The notes beneath the pieces are model-generated. The model saw only the letters and a list, made by a program, of their open reading frames with translations, had not been told where the DNA came from and did not search any database. Positions 23,460-35,424 of a DNA stretch of 64,000 bases are shown here, in pieces. The stretch spans positions 42,966,001 through 43,030,000 of the forward strand of contig NC_086097.1 in assembly GCF_963921235.1 (NCBI RefSeq). Direction: 5' to 3'. Position 1 is the first letter of the stretch; every line of letters begins with the position of its first letter. The DNA is from Mobula hypostoma (taxonomy: Eukaryota). The translations under genes were made by a program, and so were the position numbers.

Positions 23460-25932
23460 GCCTCATCATAATGTTGTGTGCTTACCCTCCACTCTACTCA
23501 CTCTATTCTTATGCCTGTGAGGTTAAGCACAATTCCAATGCACTAATTAAGTTTGCTGATGACACCACTGTTATTGGCCGAATCCATATATAAGGAGATG
23601 AAAATGCAGCTGAGTGGTTCCACAACAACAATCTCAGCATTAGCAAGACCAATGAACCGATTATTGACTTCAGGAGGAAGAAATTGGAGGTCCGTGAGCC
23701 AGTCCTCACCAGGCGAATCAGGCGGAGAGGGTCAGCAACTTTACATTCCTCAGTGTTATTATTTCCAAGGATCAGCACTGGGCCCAGAATATGCATTTGC
23801 AAGAAAAGTTTTGTGAACCCTTTGCAAGTACCTGGTTTTCTGCAAAAATTACTCATAACATGTGGTCTGAATCTTCATTCAAGTCACAAAATAGACAAAC
23901 ACAGTCTGCCTAAACTAATAACACACAAACAATTGTACTTCTTCTTATCAATACTGAGTATACCATTTAAACAATCACAGTCTAGGTTGAAACAAGTATG
24001 TGAACCTCTGGGGCAATGCCTTCTACAAAAGCTATTTGGAATCAGGTGTTCCAACCAAAGAGATGAGATTGGAGGTGTGGGTTGTCGAGGTGCTCTGCTC
24101 TATAAAAAAGATCTGTTTATGTGCACCATGCTTCAATCAAAATATCTTTCAGAGGACCTTAGAAGAAGAATTGTAGAGATGCATCAAGCTGGAAAATGCT
24201 ACAAAAGCATTTCTAAAGACCCAAGTGTTCATCAGTCCACAGTAAGAGAAACTGTCTACAAATGGAGGAAACTCAGTACTGTTGCTGCTCTCCTTCGGAG
24301 TGGGCATCCTGCAAAGTGCACACCAAGAGCACAACGTGTAATGCTGAAGGAGGTGAAAAAGAACCCAAGGGTAACAGCAAAATCTCTAAAGTCTCTGTTC
24401 GTGAGTCCACTATAAGAAAAACACTGAACAAGAAGAGTGTTCATGGAAGGACACCACGGAAGAAACCATTGCTCGCCAAAAAAAACATTGTTGCATGTCT
24501 CAAGTTTGCAAAAGACCACCTGGATGTTCTACAATGCTTCTGGGACATCGTTCTGTCAACAGATGACACAGAAGTTGAACTTTTGGGCAGAAATGCACAC
24601 TGATATGTTTGGAGGAAAAAGGGCACTGCACACCAACACCAAAACCTCATCCCAACTGTGAAGCATGGTGGAAGGAGCATCATGGTTTGGGGCTGCTTTA
24701 CTGACTCAGGACCTGGACAACTTGCAATCATTGAAGGAACAATGAATTCAAAATGATATCAAGACATTTTACAGGAGAATGTCAAGGTAGCGGACTGTCA
24801 CCAGAAGCTCATGGAAGTTGGATGATGCAACAAAACAATGATCTGAAATACAAAAGTAAATCAACAACAGAAAGGTTTAAGAAGAAAATTCATATTTTGG
24901 AATGGTCAAGTCAGAGTCCAGACCTTAACTCAATTGAGATGCAGTGGCGTGACCTGAGTGAGCTGTTCATGTAAGGTTTCCCAGAAATATTAATGAACTG
25001 AAATGGTTTTGGATGGAGAAATGGTCTAAAATTCTTCCTTGCTGTTGTGCAAGTCTGATCAGCAGCTACAGAAAATATTTGGTGGAGGTCATTGCTGCTA
25101 AAGGAGGTTCTACCACATTTTAAATAAAAGGGCTTGTATACATTTTCCAGCCTGGACTGTGAATGATTAAACAATGTGTTCGACAAAGACATGAAAAGTA
25201 CAATTGTTTGTGTGTTATTGGTTCATGTAGATTGTGTTTGTCTATTATTGTGACTTAGATGAAGATCAGACCAAATTTTATGAGTAATTAATGTAGAAAA
25301 CCAGGTAATTGCAAAGGGTTCACAAACATTTTCTTGCACTTGTAAGTGCAATCATGAAGAAAGCATGTCAGTGCCTCCCTCTACTTCCTTAGAGGCTTTG
25401 CGAAGATTCGGCATGACATCTAAAACTTGGACAAACTTCTATAGCTATGTGGTGGAGAGTATCTTGACTGGTTGCATCACGGTCTGGTATGGAAAAACAA
25501 ATGCCCTTGAACAGAAAATCCTACAAAAAGTAGTGTATGTGGCCCAGTGCATCATGAGTAAAGCCTTCCCCACCATCGAGCACATCTACACTGAGCGCTG
25601 TGGCAGGAAAGCAGCATCCATCATCAGGGATCCCACCACCCCCTGGCCATGCTCTCTTCTTGCTGCTGTCATCAGGAAGGTGGTACAAGAATTGTTCCCA
25701 CAACTTATGGACTCAATTTCAAGGACTTCTCACCTCATGTTCTCGATGTTTGTTTGTTTATTTATTACTACTTCCTATTTTTTGTCTTTTGCACATTGGT
25801 TATTTGTCTGTCCTGTTGGGTGTGGTCTTTTATTGATGCTGTTAAGTTTCTTGGATTTACTGCGTATACCCGCAAGAAAACAAACCTCAGGTGACATACG
25901 TATACTTTGATAATAAATTTACTTCGAACTTT
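23460..25932 (+). mobile_element. Decayed Rex1/Babar LINE, interrupted by a Tc1 element
   Basis: KFADDTTV motif near 23550; the sequence resumes colinearly after 25344 (VVESILTGCITVWYG). Confidence 0.75.
23794..25342 (+). mobile_element. Tc1/mariner DNA transposon with IR/DR-type long TIRs and a defective transposase
   Basis: About 210-bp imperfect TIRs (catttgcaagaaaagttttgtgaaccctttgcaa / ttgcaaagggttcacaaacattttcttgcacttg), TA at the right end. Transposase remnants SEDLRRRIV, TVKHGGRSIMVWGC, WSSQSPDLNSIE with stops and frameshifts. Confidence 0.92.
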
Positions 25933-26814
25933 AAAAGCAGCACCACATATAAAGGGGAGGTGAAAAAGGCATTTATCATGCTGGCCTTCATCAGTCTAGG
26001 CTCTGAGTAAAGGAGTTGGGACATTATGTTGTAGTTGTACAAGTCACCGGTGATGGAATATGTGGAGTAGTGTTCATTTTGATCTCCCTGTTATAGGAAA
26101 GCTGTGGTTAAACTGGAAAGAATGCAGAAAAGATTTACAAGGGTGTTGCCAGGACTAGAGAGCCTGAGTTATATGGAGAGCCCAACTGCTGCAGCCAAAA
26201 TTATTAAATAGAACTTTTTTACCTCTCCATTTGATTATTCCAGTGCTCTGTGCATATTACCCCTTTATTGTTCACCTTATTGAAGACCGGGCTGCACATA
26301 ACATAATCTGCATGAAGTTATGATCATCTACCTCCGCTGTTTTCACCCGGTCTTCCAGCTCTTCATAATTTTGAACCTTCTTATTCAAATTCCTTCATAC
26401 TTTCAACTCTCCATATAACCTCCTCCAACTGTTCAGCATAAATGGAATGGTTGAGTATAATGGTTTTCCTTTGTCGGCAGTTTCCCCAATTCCCCATCTC
26501 ATTGTAGATGAGAAGTGTAATACAGAATAGGCAGTCATTAATGGTGAGCACGCACTCGGGTTACTGAAACTGAATGCTCACGTGCAAGTACAATCTGGCA
26601 ATCACTGTAGTCTGAGTAAGCAGCACTGACTATGGAAACTTAGATGAATTTATTACATTTATACAAATGCTAAAAAGCAAGTGAAAGTGCAAAAAAAGAA
26701 GTCTTCGCATCAAGATTAAAGATTAAATTAGTTCCTCTATCCACTGTGGTATTTTCATTGTCAACAATAACTTAGATGATTAAACAGAAGTCAGGTCAAG
26801 TCTGTAGCACTTAC

Positions 26815-26869
26815 TTTTTATGGATATTGGGGTATTCACAGATAATATCTGAAAGGGTTTTCAGTGATT
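26815..26869 (-). CDS. POLE2: POLE2 exon 13
   Basis: SLKTLSDIICEYPNIHK; 55 nt, cag/gtaagt. Confidence 0.95.
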
Positions 26870-26949
26870 CTGAAAATGTAAGGAAAAAGATAATGAAGAT
26901 AGTGTTCAAAGTAAAGATTCAAGTAATAGATTTACTGATTGTTCTTCAC

Positions 26950-27039
26950 CTGTTAGAGCTTTGATCTGATTTTTTCCATAAGGAGCAGAGGAAAAATTAC
27001 CACAGAAGATGAAGCAAGTGGGTGGCATGGACGAGTAAC
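26950..27039 (-). CDS. POLE2: POLE2 exon 12
   Basis: [29 protein letters not shown]; 90 nt, cag/gtgaag. Confidence 0.95.
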
Positions 27040-27456
27040 CTGCAAGGCAGAGAACAAGCGTCTGTTTCATTTATACTATAGCCCAAAGCATACGGCTTAC
27101 AAAGCATATTCTTTTTCCATATCATTGTAGTAATAACTAAATGGTAGAAATGCCTAACCTAACTTTTTTTTTAAAATAGTCAACATTTTTTATTTCTAAG
27201 CATCCTATCAATAAATATTCATATTACATTACTATTGGTAAATGTAGGGTTTGGTTTAGAAACTAAAGATTACATTGACAAGCCTGCATTCTTAAAAGAT
27301 CTCCATAAGCCGAATTACAATTGGATTACAGGATTGACATCAACCAAGACGTTTCTACTCACAAGAAATTTACATACACTCAGCACCTTTCCCAATAAAC
27401 CCATGAATATATACTCTATCAGCCCCAGTTAAACAGATGTAGTTAAATTAAAAAAC

Positions 27457-27629
27457 CTGAAAACATCATGTGAAGTTTCTCAAGAACTTCCACCTGATCC
27501 AGCCACAAATCAGATACAAAAACAAACATGGCATCTTCATTTTCTTCCTCCAATTGCTTTAATTTTGCAGAAGATTTCACTGATGTAGCAGAAGGACCAC
27601 CAAAAAAATTGATGTTGCCGTAATAAGCT
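27457..27629 (-). CDS. POLE2: POLE2 exon 11
   Basis: [57 protein letters not shown]; 173 nt, cag/gttttt. Confidence 0.95.
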
Positions 27630-27844
27630 CTGTAAGTTAGAACATGGTAAGTCATCAGTAATATTACACTGTAACAGCTTAGATAATTGTCTTGAAGGCC
27701 AGCCATGAATGGTCATTTTCTTCAACTTTTTCAAATAGCATGAATTTGCAAATAGGGAGAATGAGGATTATTTTCACCCTAAGCTAATCACTTTTCAACA
27801 AAATCAACTTTCATCGTTGCAGAGCTCAAATACAATTGCCGGAA

Positions 27845-28345
27845 CAGAGGAGAGACTGGATAGGCTGGGACTGTTTTCTTTGGAGATGAGGAGACTTGGG
27901 GGACCATAAAGAGGTTTATAAGATCAAGAGGGGCATGGATAAGACGGATAGTCACAATCTTTTTCCCAGTTAGGGGATATTAAATCTCGAGGGCTTAGAT
28001 CAAAGGTAGGAGGTAAAAGATTTGAACAGGTGACCTGAAGGGCAACTTTTCTACACAGGGTTGTGGATCTGTGGAACAAACTGCCAGGAGTGAAGGAGGC
28101 AGTTACAAAGTTCAAAAGACATTTGGACAGGTATACAAACAGGAAAGGGTTAGAGCAGGGGTTCCCAACCTTTTTTATGCCATAGACCAATACCATTAAG
28201 CAATGGGTCAGTGGATCCCAGGATGGGAACCGCTGGAGAGGGAAAAGGGCCCAAATGCAGGAAAATGGGACCAGCTCAGGTAGGCACCTTGGTCAGCAAG
28301 AACAAGCTGAAGCAAAGGCACCAAAGGTCCTCTTTTTATGCTGTC
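27845..28345 (+). mobile_element. Decayed CR1 3' fragment
   Basis: Degenerate LGLFSLE..R / F.QRVV.LWN.LP region. Confidence 0.6.
28156..28235. mobile_element. 80-bp hAT-type MITE
   Basis: TIRs CAGGGGTTCCCAACC / GGATGGGAACCGCTG. Confidence 0.7.
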
Positions 28346-29419
28346 AGTGAGTGTGATGTACTGAAAAATAAACCTCAGAGAAACTAATTTTTCAGGCTAT
28401 AAAAGAAACCTGAAGATAATCTCAAAAGACACCCATGTTCACATTAAACACTGAGGTCGCTGGCTAGCTGAAGCGAAAATCGAAGGGATGTGGAGAAACA
28501 AAAATGTGAACAAATCAAAGGTAGGTGGAGTTCAATGTGGATGAGAACTGAAATGTTTTCCACAGAGTGAGTGGCTTTGGAGGGTTTTGATGTTCAGGAG
28601 TATGCATCAATACAATCTAACAGAGCACAAACCCAAAAAGTAATAAGTGGACAAATGTAGACTCTTGCCTCACCAGGGTAAAGTTCAAAAGTTGATCTAA
28701 ATAAAAGTATTAATCTATTTAAGAGTGAGAGTTGGATGCACTTTTTCATGCATACTTTCAGGAGAGATACTGACACACTTGATACGCCAGGCTTCAAATG
28801 GTTATGGAAAATACTGGGAAATTAAAATGCAAATCTCTGAGTATTTGATTTGATTGAATTGAATGGCAGATTAAACCACTTGTGGCCAGAAAAACCATTT
28901 GTGTTCCTATCATCAATATACAATCAGAAGCAAATGGGATGACTTTGCCTGACGTGGAACTGGTGGTTCCAGTAAGATGGTGGTGTGCTTGGATGCTCTG
29001 GCTCTGACCAAAGGTGCAAGTGCTCGTACTTTATGTCTTCTTCACGATCACAAGACCCTGCTGGTTATCAGGACCGCAGGTCTATCCCACTGGCAAGTTG
29101 CTCGACAGTGGTGCAGCAGGACCTCTACACATTGTGGCAGCCTATCTCAGCCTCCCAGGGAAGAAGGCCCCGTCAGCGGCAGTCTGCAAGAGTGTGCGCG
29201 ACCCAACGGATGTCATGGGTGATTGCTGTAATCGCAAGGCTCTACTGGTATTGTAGACTACTGCAAGTCCATTTCACTGGTTTATTGATGAGACCTATGG
29301 TGGGGGAGCTGTGTGGCCTTGGTTGTGGTGCAGGCCTGGGCTCAGAGTCCCCTGTTGCAGCTGCCGAGGAAGGAGGTGCTGGAGCTGGCTGCATGCCACT
29401 GCACTCCATGCTGGGTCCA

Positions 29420-31320
29420 TCTAAACCAAGCTGAACCATTAATCTGCTTAGTCCCATCGAGCTGCACCCAACCACAGCCCTGAATGTCCCTGTCCAAATC
29501 TCCTAGTCCCATCGAGCTACACCCAACCACAGCCCTCCATGTCCCTGTCCAAATCTCCTAGTCCCATCAGCTACACCCAACCACAGCCCTCCATGTCCCT
29601 GTCCAAATCTCCTCGTCCCATCGAGCTGCACCCAACCATAGCCCTCCATGTCCCTGTCCAAATCTCCTAGTCCCATCGAGCTGCACCCACACCACAGCCC
29701 TCCATGTCCCTGTCCAAATCTCAATTAAACGTTGAACCCGATCCCACGTTCACCACTTGCACTGGCAGCTCGTTCTGCACTCTCATGACCCTGAGTCAAG
29801 AAGTTTCACCTCATGGTCCCCTTAAACATTTCTCTTTTCACCCTTAACCCATGACCTCAGTGGAAAAAGCAGGCTTGCATTTACTCTTTCTATATCCCTC
29901 ATAATTTTGTATACCTTTATCGAATCTCCCCTCAATCTTCTACATTCCAGGAAATAAAGTCCTAAACTAGTCAACCTTTCCCTATAACTCAGGTCCTCAA
30001 GTCCCGGCAACTTCCTTGTAAATTTTCTCTGCACTCTTTCAATCTTACTTACATCTTTCCTATAGGTAAGAAACCAAAACTGTACACATACTCCAAATTA
30101 GGCCTCACTGGCATCTTATATAATTTCAACATAATGTCCCGACTCCTGTAGTCAGTACTTTGATTTATGAAAGCCAATGTGCCAACAGCTTTCTTTATGA
30201 CCCTATCTACCTGTGATGCTACGTTCAAGGATTATGGATCTGTATTCCCAGATCCCTCTGTTCCACCTCAGAATGCCCTACCGCTCACCATGTAAGATCT
30301 ACCCTGGTTGGTCCTCCCAAAGTGCAACACCTCACACTTGTCTGCATTAAATTCCATCTGCCAATTTTCTAGCTGATCCAGATCCTACTGCAAGCTTTGA
30401 TCGTCTTCCTTGATGTCCACTGCACCTTCAATCTTGCCATCAATCACAAATTTGCTGATTCAGTTAACCACATTATTATCCAGATCATTGACAGAGATGA
30501 CAAACAACAACGGGCCCAGCACCAACTCCTGTGCACGACTAGTCAGAGATGTCCAGTCAGAGTGGCAACCATCTACAAACGTACTACCACTCTGGCTTCT
30601 CCTGCATAGTCAAAGTCTCATCCAATTTACTAGCTCATCTTGAATGCCAAGCGACTATCCTTCTCGAACAACCTCTCCTGTGGGACTTTGTCAAAGGACT
30701 TGCTGAAGTCCATGTAGACAACATCCACTGCCTTGCCTTCATCAACTTTCCTGGTAACTTCCTCGAAAAACTTAACATTGCCAACCGTACACAAAGCCAT
30801 GTTGACTGTCCTTAATCAGTCCTTGTCAATCCAAATACTTACATATCCAGTCCCTTAGAATACATCCCAATAACTTACCCACTACTGAAGTCAGGCTCAC
30901 TGGCCTATAATTACCTGGCTAATTCTTACAGCCTTTCTTAAACAATGGAACAATATCAGCTATTCTCCAATCATTCGGCACCTCACCTGTGGCTAAGGAT
31001 ATTTTAAATATCTCCGCTAGGGCTCCCGTAATTTCTGCACTAGCCCCCACTGGGTTTGAAGGAACACCTTGCCAAGCCCTGGGGATTTATCAACCCTAAT
31101 TTGCCTCAAGACAGTAAACACCTCCTCTGTAATCTGGATAGGGTCCATGACCTCACTGCTGATTTGCCTCAGCTATAGATTCTGTGTCCATCTCCTGAAT
31201 AAATACAGAAGCAAAACGAACCCATTAAGATCTTTCCCATCATTTTTCTCAGCATAGATTACCTCTCTGATCTTCCAGAGGACCAATTTGGCCACTTGCT
31301 ATCCTTTTGCTCTTAATATA
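29420..31320 (-). mobile_element. Decayed CR1 LINE (RT region to 3' UTR)
   Basis: QRKFTRKLPGLEDLSYRERL; YMDFSKSFDKVP-like motif near 30700. Confidence 0.85.
29448..29722. repeat. Minisatellite, about 55-bp unit x5
   Basis: Unit ctagtcccatcgagctgcacccaaccacagccctccatgtccctgtccaaatctc. Confidence 0.95.
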
Positions 31321-31451
31321 TGCATTACTGGTATGAGCACATCAATAGTTAATATCTTAGAAATTATGTTAATTTTTATTCAATTAACATATTGAAATTA
31401 AGTAAATACTTTGAAGCAATTACTTTCTGGAAAATGTGTGACAAAATTTAC

Positions 31452-31524
31452 CTTGTAACACTGGAAGGTTCAGTAGGGGGAAATCCAAATCCATTTACAT
31501 GAAAAACTCCATCTTCATACAACC
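31452..31524 (-). CDS. POLE2: POLE2 exon 10
   Basis: [23 protein letters not shown]; 73 nt, tag/gtaaat. Confidence 0.95.
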
Positions 31525-31956
31525 CTACAAAAATACTTTGAATAATTATCATTTGCAGAGTTCATGCCCATTATGAAATTACAAATTAACTTCTTTTTAT
31601 TAGTAAACTATGTGTTTGTTAATTGAATTTCATCTTTTTATATATCACATTTGACAAAATGTTCCTTTGATACATTAATATATCCTTTCATTTTGATCAA
31701 GTTCTCCCAAAGTTTTACTCAGGATTTTAATAACTAGCTATAACATTGGACAAAGATATACAATCTTGCAATATTTGAACTGATAATGACAACCGAGTCC
31801 ACTGTAATTCTGCACATACAAGGGGAATTTCTGTAGAAACAACTAAGTCACACACTATAACTAGAACTAGATGAATTACAAAAGGCCATCAAGAATACTA
31901 TGACTGCTCCTAATGTTGCTGCATATAATTCAACACACAATAGTATCATGCCTTAT

Positions 31957-32633
31957 CACAAACAAGAGAAATCTGCAGATGCTGGGAATCCAAGCAACAC
32001 ACACAAAATGCTGGAGGAACTCAGCAGGCCAGGCAGCATCTGTGGAAAAAGAGTACAGTTGATGTTTCAGGCTGAGACCCTTCAGCAGGACTGGAGTAAA
32101 AAACGATGAAGAGTCCGAGTTAGAAGGTGGGTGAGGGGGGAAAGGGGTGCAGTAAAGAGCTGGGAAGTCGATTGATCAAAGAGACACAGGGCTGGAGAAG
32201 GGCAAATCTGATAGGAGAAGACAAAAGGACATGGAAGATAGAAAAAGGGGGAGGAGCACCATAGGGAGGCGGTGGGTAGGCAAGGAGATAGAGAGGGAAA
32301 AGGGGATGAGGACTGGTGAAGGAGAGGTGGGGGGACATTGCCCCCTTTTCTTTCTTTCATATCTTCTGCCCTCTCCGATTAGATTTCCCCTTCTTCAGCC
32401 CTGTATCTCTTTCACAAATCAACTTCCCAACTCTTTACTTCACCCCTTCCCTCCACTCCCGGTTTCACCTGTCAGCTTGTGTATCTCCCCCTCCCCCCCC
32501 ACCTTCTAACTCGGACTCCTCATCTTTTTCTCTCCAGTCCTGCTGAAGGGTCTCGGCCTGAAACATCGACTGTACTCTTTTCCATAGACACTGCCTGGCC
32601 TGCTGAGCTCCTCCAGCATTTTGTGTGTGTTGC
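31957..32633. mobile_element. Large PLE terminal-repeat inverted duplication
   Basis: About 290-nt inverted arms, purine-rich then pyrimidine-rich; hammerhead-like motif in both arms. Confidence 0.8.
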
Positions 32634-33569
32634 CATGCAAGAATGTCAGCTTTTGCTGTCACTTCTGAAACAAAACAAACAGGCCACGATGATAATACAG
32701 ACTAGCTAGCTGATCCATTGATGAGAGTGGTGTGATTTTACAGGTTTACCTCTGAATTCAGTGAGTTCAGCACTCTTTGGAAAGAATGGGCTCTATCACA
32801 TCTCACAATTATCAAAGCCCTCTCTTGCAAAAGTGCAATGACTTCTGTTATGCAGGTAAAAAATGCCATTTTTCACCCGTGATTTCAGAACGCACAACAG
32901 TTTGAATCACAATCCTGCTTTAATGATTACTATTACATGATTTTTGCTGCAAAATAACATTAATGTGCACAGTCACAAAAGAAGGGGGCAGAGTATAGGA
33001 GGGAACAAGCGCCTGACCTAATAGGTGGGTATTAAGAAGTGGAATGCAAATTAGTTTAGAATTCCAGAATGTGTGGCCTGTAGACAATGTTATTAAGCTT
33101 CCAATATTATCTGTATTACAAAATAGACGATATTATCAGCCTTTCCAAAACAACAGGGAGCTCAATCAAAATTGGATGCTTGACAAGCAGTTTAACAGAG
33201 GCAATGGAGGGAAACTGGAGAGAACCTGCAATCCCTCAATTCGTCTCGATCCCACATTTCTGCCGGAGAGCTGGGTGTAAGCAAGGAGAGAACTAGGTCA
33301 GAAATAGTACACGAGGTCCTGGAAGAGCAGTACATTTATGAAGCTACTGCTGCAGACACCCTGGATATGATTGGAATTGAGAATGGAAACAAATTATAGC
33401 ATCCTCACTGAACTGAACAACAACAGACTAACGTTGTGGAAAGACAGCAAGATGGACAGTGCCAGAGACTCCAGCTGGGTAAACTAGAATGAAACTAACA
33501 CGCAATGAGCCTATTAGAGGAGGTAATTAAGCAGTAAGTTTCCAAGTAAACTAACATATTGATGCCAGC

Positions 33570-34070
33570 CTCCTCTCAGTTGAGGCCAAGGTCCTCCAGT
33601 GGTCAAGGTCAAACATGGTGCAAACCAGGGCAGTACAACGTGGAGAGCAAGCGGTTGCCCATGCGGCAGGCTCCCCCTCTCCACACAGCTGATGCATCCA
33701 AAGAAACAGCAGACACTGATATAGTTTAGTACCAGCAGCGTCGCAGGAGTTGCCAGTCAGTGTTGAACTCAATGTAGGACTGAGATTAGCGTTCCTTCTC
33801 CTAGACCAGCTGTCAACCACGGCTGACAAGCCTCTTCTGTCCAGAGCAACCGATTTAAAGGCACCAGTTACTGGCCTTTGCCCCTGCGCCTGTCAGTGGA
33901 AAACGGTTCTGCTGGGTTTAGTAGCCGAGTCACACATGAAAGCCAGAAGCTGGACGTGGTTGTCAGGGTCTATTTGAGATGCACACCATTGGGAGCATTT
34001 AATAGGTAGTGGGAGCTTTTCTCCACTACACCACCACCCCACTCCCTGGCTATAACAACCTCAAGGAACC
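33570..34070 (-). mobile_element. RTE-associated non-autonomous repeat fragments
   Basis: Shares gtggagagggg..gc..catgggca with the SINE at 61513; family assignment is inferred. Confidence 0.4.
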
Positions 34071-34556
34071 ATCGCCTCAGTGACACCATTCTCACTCTCA
34101 CCTACAAAGTAGAAAGCCATCTGACTCTCCTGCTCCGAGATTAGTGTGTGCAATCGAGACAGACAGAATCTCCGGAGGAAAACTGAGAAGCACACTGTTG
34201 GAGGCCTCTTGGTGTTTTACCCGTATTTATGCTTTAACCTGCATTGGCCCCATTATCACTAACTTACTGGTTTGTAAACACTAGTCATGAATTAGGTCAC
34301 AATCGTATTTCTCCACATAACAGTGAGTACACTTCAGAAATAATTTGATGTTTGCGATGTTACCTGTGGTAGCAAGTTCCCTCTTTATTACAGTACTTTG
34401 TTGAAATATGGTCACAATTAACTTAAATATTTTGTTAATGCTGTCAGGGGGAATTGGTAAACAGTTTTTCACAAATTGGCCGCTTTTTGTGCCAAAACTT
34501 TTAACTCAAGAGTTCAAGATTGTTTCTCATTTGTCAAAGAATAAATTCTCCTTTAC

Positions 34557-34605
34557 CTTCTGCAAGAACAAAGCAGGATTCAGTATATAAACCACTATGA
34601 AACTG
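34557..34605 (-). CDS. POLE2: POLE2 exon 9
   Basis: QFHSGLYTESCFVLAE; 49 nt. Upstream intron ends in AC; donor gtaaag. Confidence 0.93.
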
Positions 34606-35424
34606 GTGCTTTGTAGTTAAAGAAATTATTAAGGGAAAGTGGAATTTCAATATCACACTATAAAGAAAAACAAGAATAATGTTTGATACACATCAAATTT
34701 GTGGAAAGCTCCTGTCATGGTTGACCAAATTGCACACCCTCATACTTTGGTCATTTGAAAAGGCAACGAAGCAAAGATTAGATACTTTTTCTCAGCTGAG
34801 GGAAAACAAATATAAATTTAAAAACTCAGCCATTTGCATCTGTGGAGGCAAAGGTTGTGACTTAGCATCAGGCTCAATGTAAAGGGAAGATAGCTAGTAT
34901 ATATAGGAGGGAGAGTGAGGGCTGAGATAGACTCCATCTGCCTGTGAGACAGACACTATCATCACATTCTTTCTGACCACACTCCCGCTTCCATATACTG
35001 GCTACCATCCCTCTACATTGCCCTGATGCAGTGTTTCAAACCATCCCTTTGCCTGCACAGATGCTGCTTGACCTGCTGGAGTTCTTCCACCAGTTCGTCC
35101 TTCTTTGGCTCCCGATAACCGTATCTGTAGTCTCTTACATCTCAGATATAAAGGAAATCTGCAAATTGTGAGCTCATAGCTAGCATTAGGGAACAATTCT
35201 CCAAAGGCTATAATTTAGTTCATTTGCTTCAAAGGTCCTACAATAAAATAGAATGAAGCTTTTCAAATCATTTGAGGAAAGAAAAAATATAACAAAACAG
35301 AAACCTACAATTGTTGTGATAGTACAGGATACTTTAAATCAAAAATGGCCATAACTTTTGTGACAACACTCTTCCAAACAAGTTAACCTTACAGTATCAC
35401 CCTTCTTGGATAAATCGCTTCAGA

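Noticed and set aside
23684-24415. 243-aa ORF as a LINE-transposase fusion protein
   Set aside because: It is a chance frame through LINE and TIR sequence into a frameshifted transposase with no intact DDE domain
29448-29722. CRISPR-like array
   Set aside because: Head-to-tail repeats with no unique spacers, in a vertebrate CR1 UTR context
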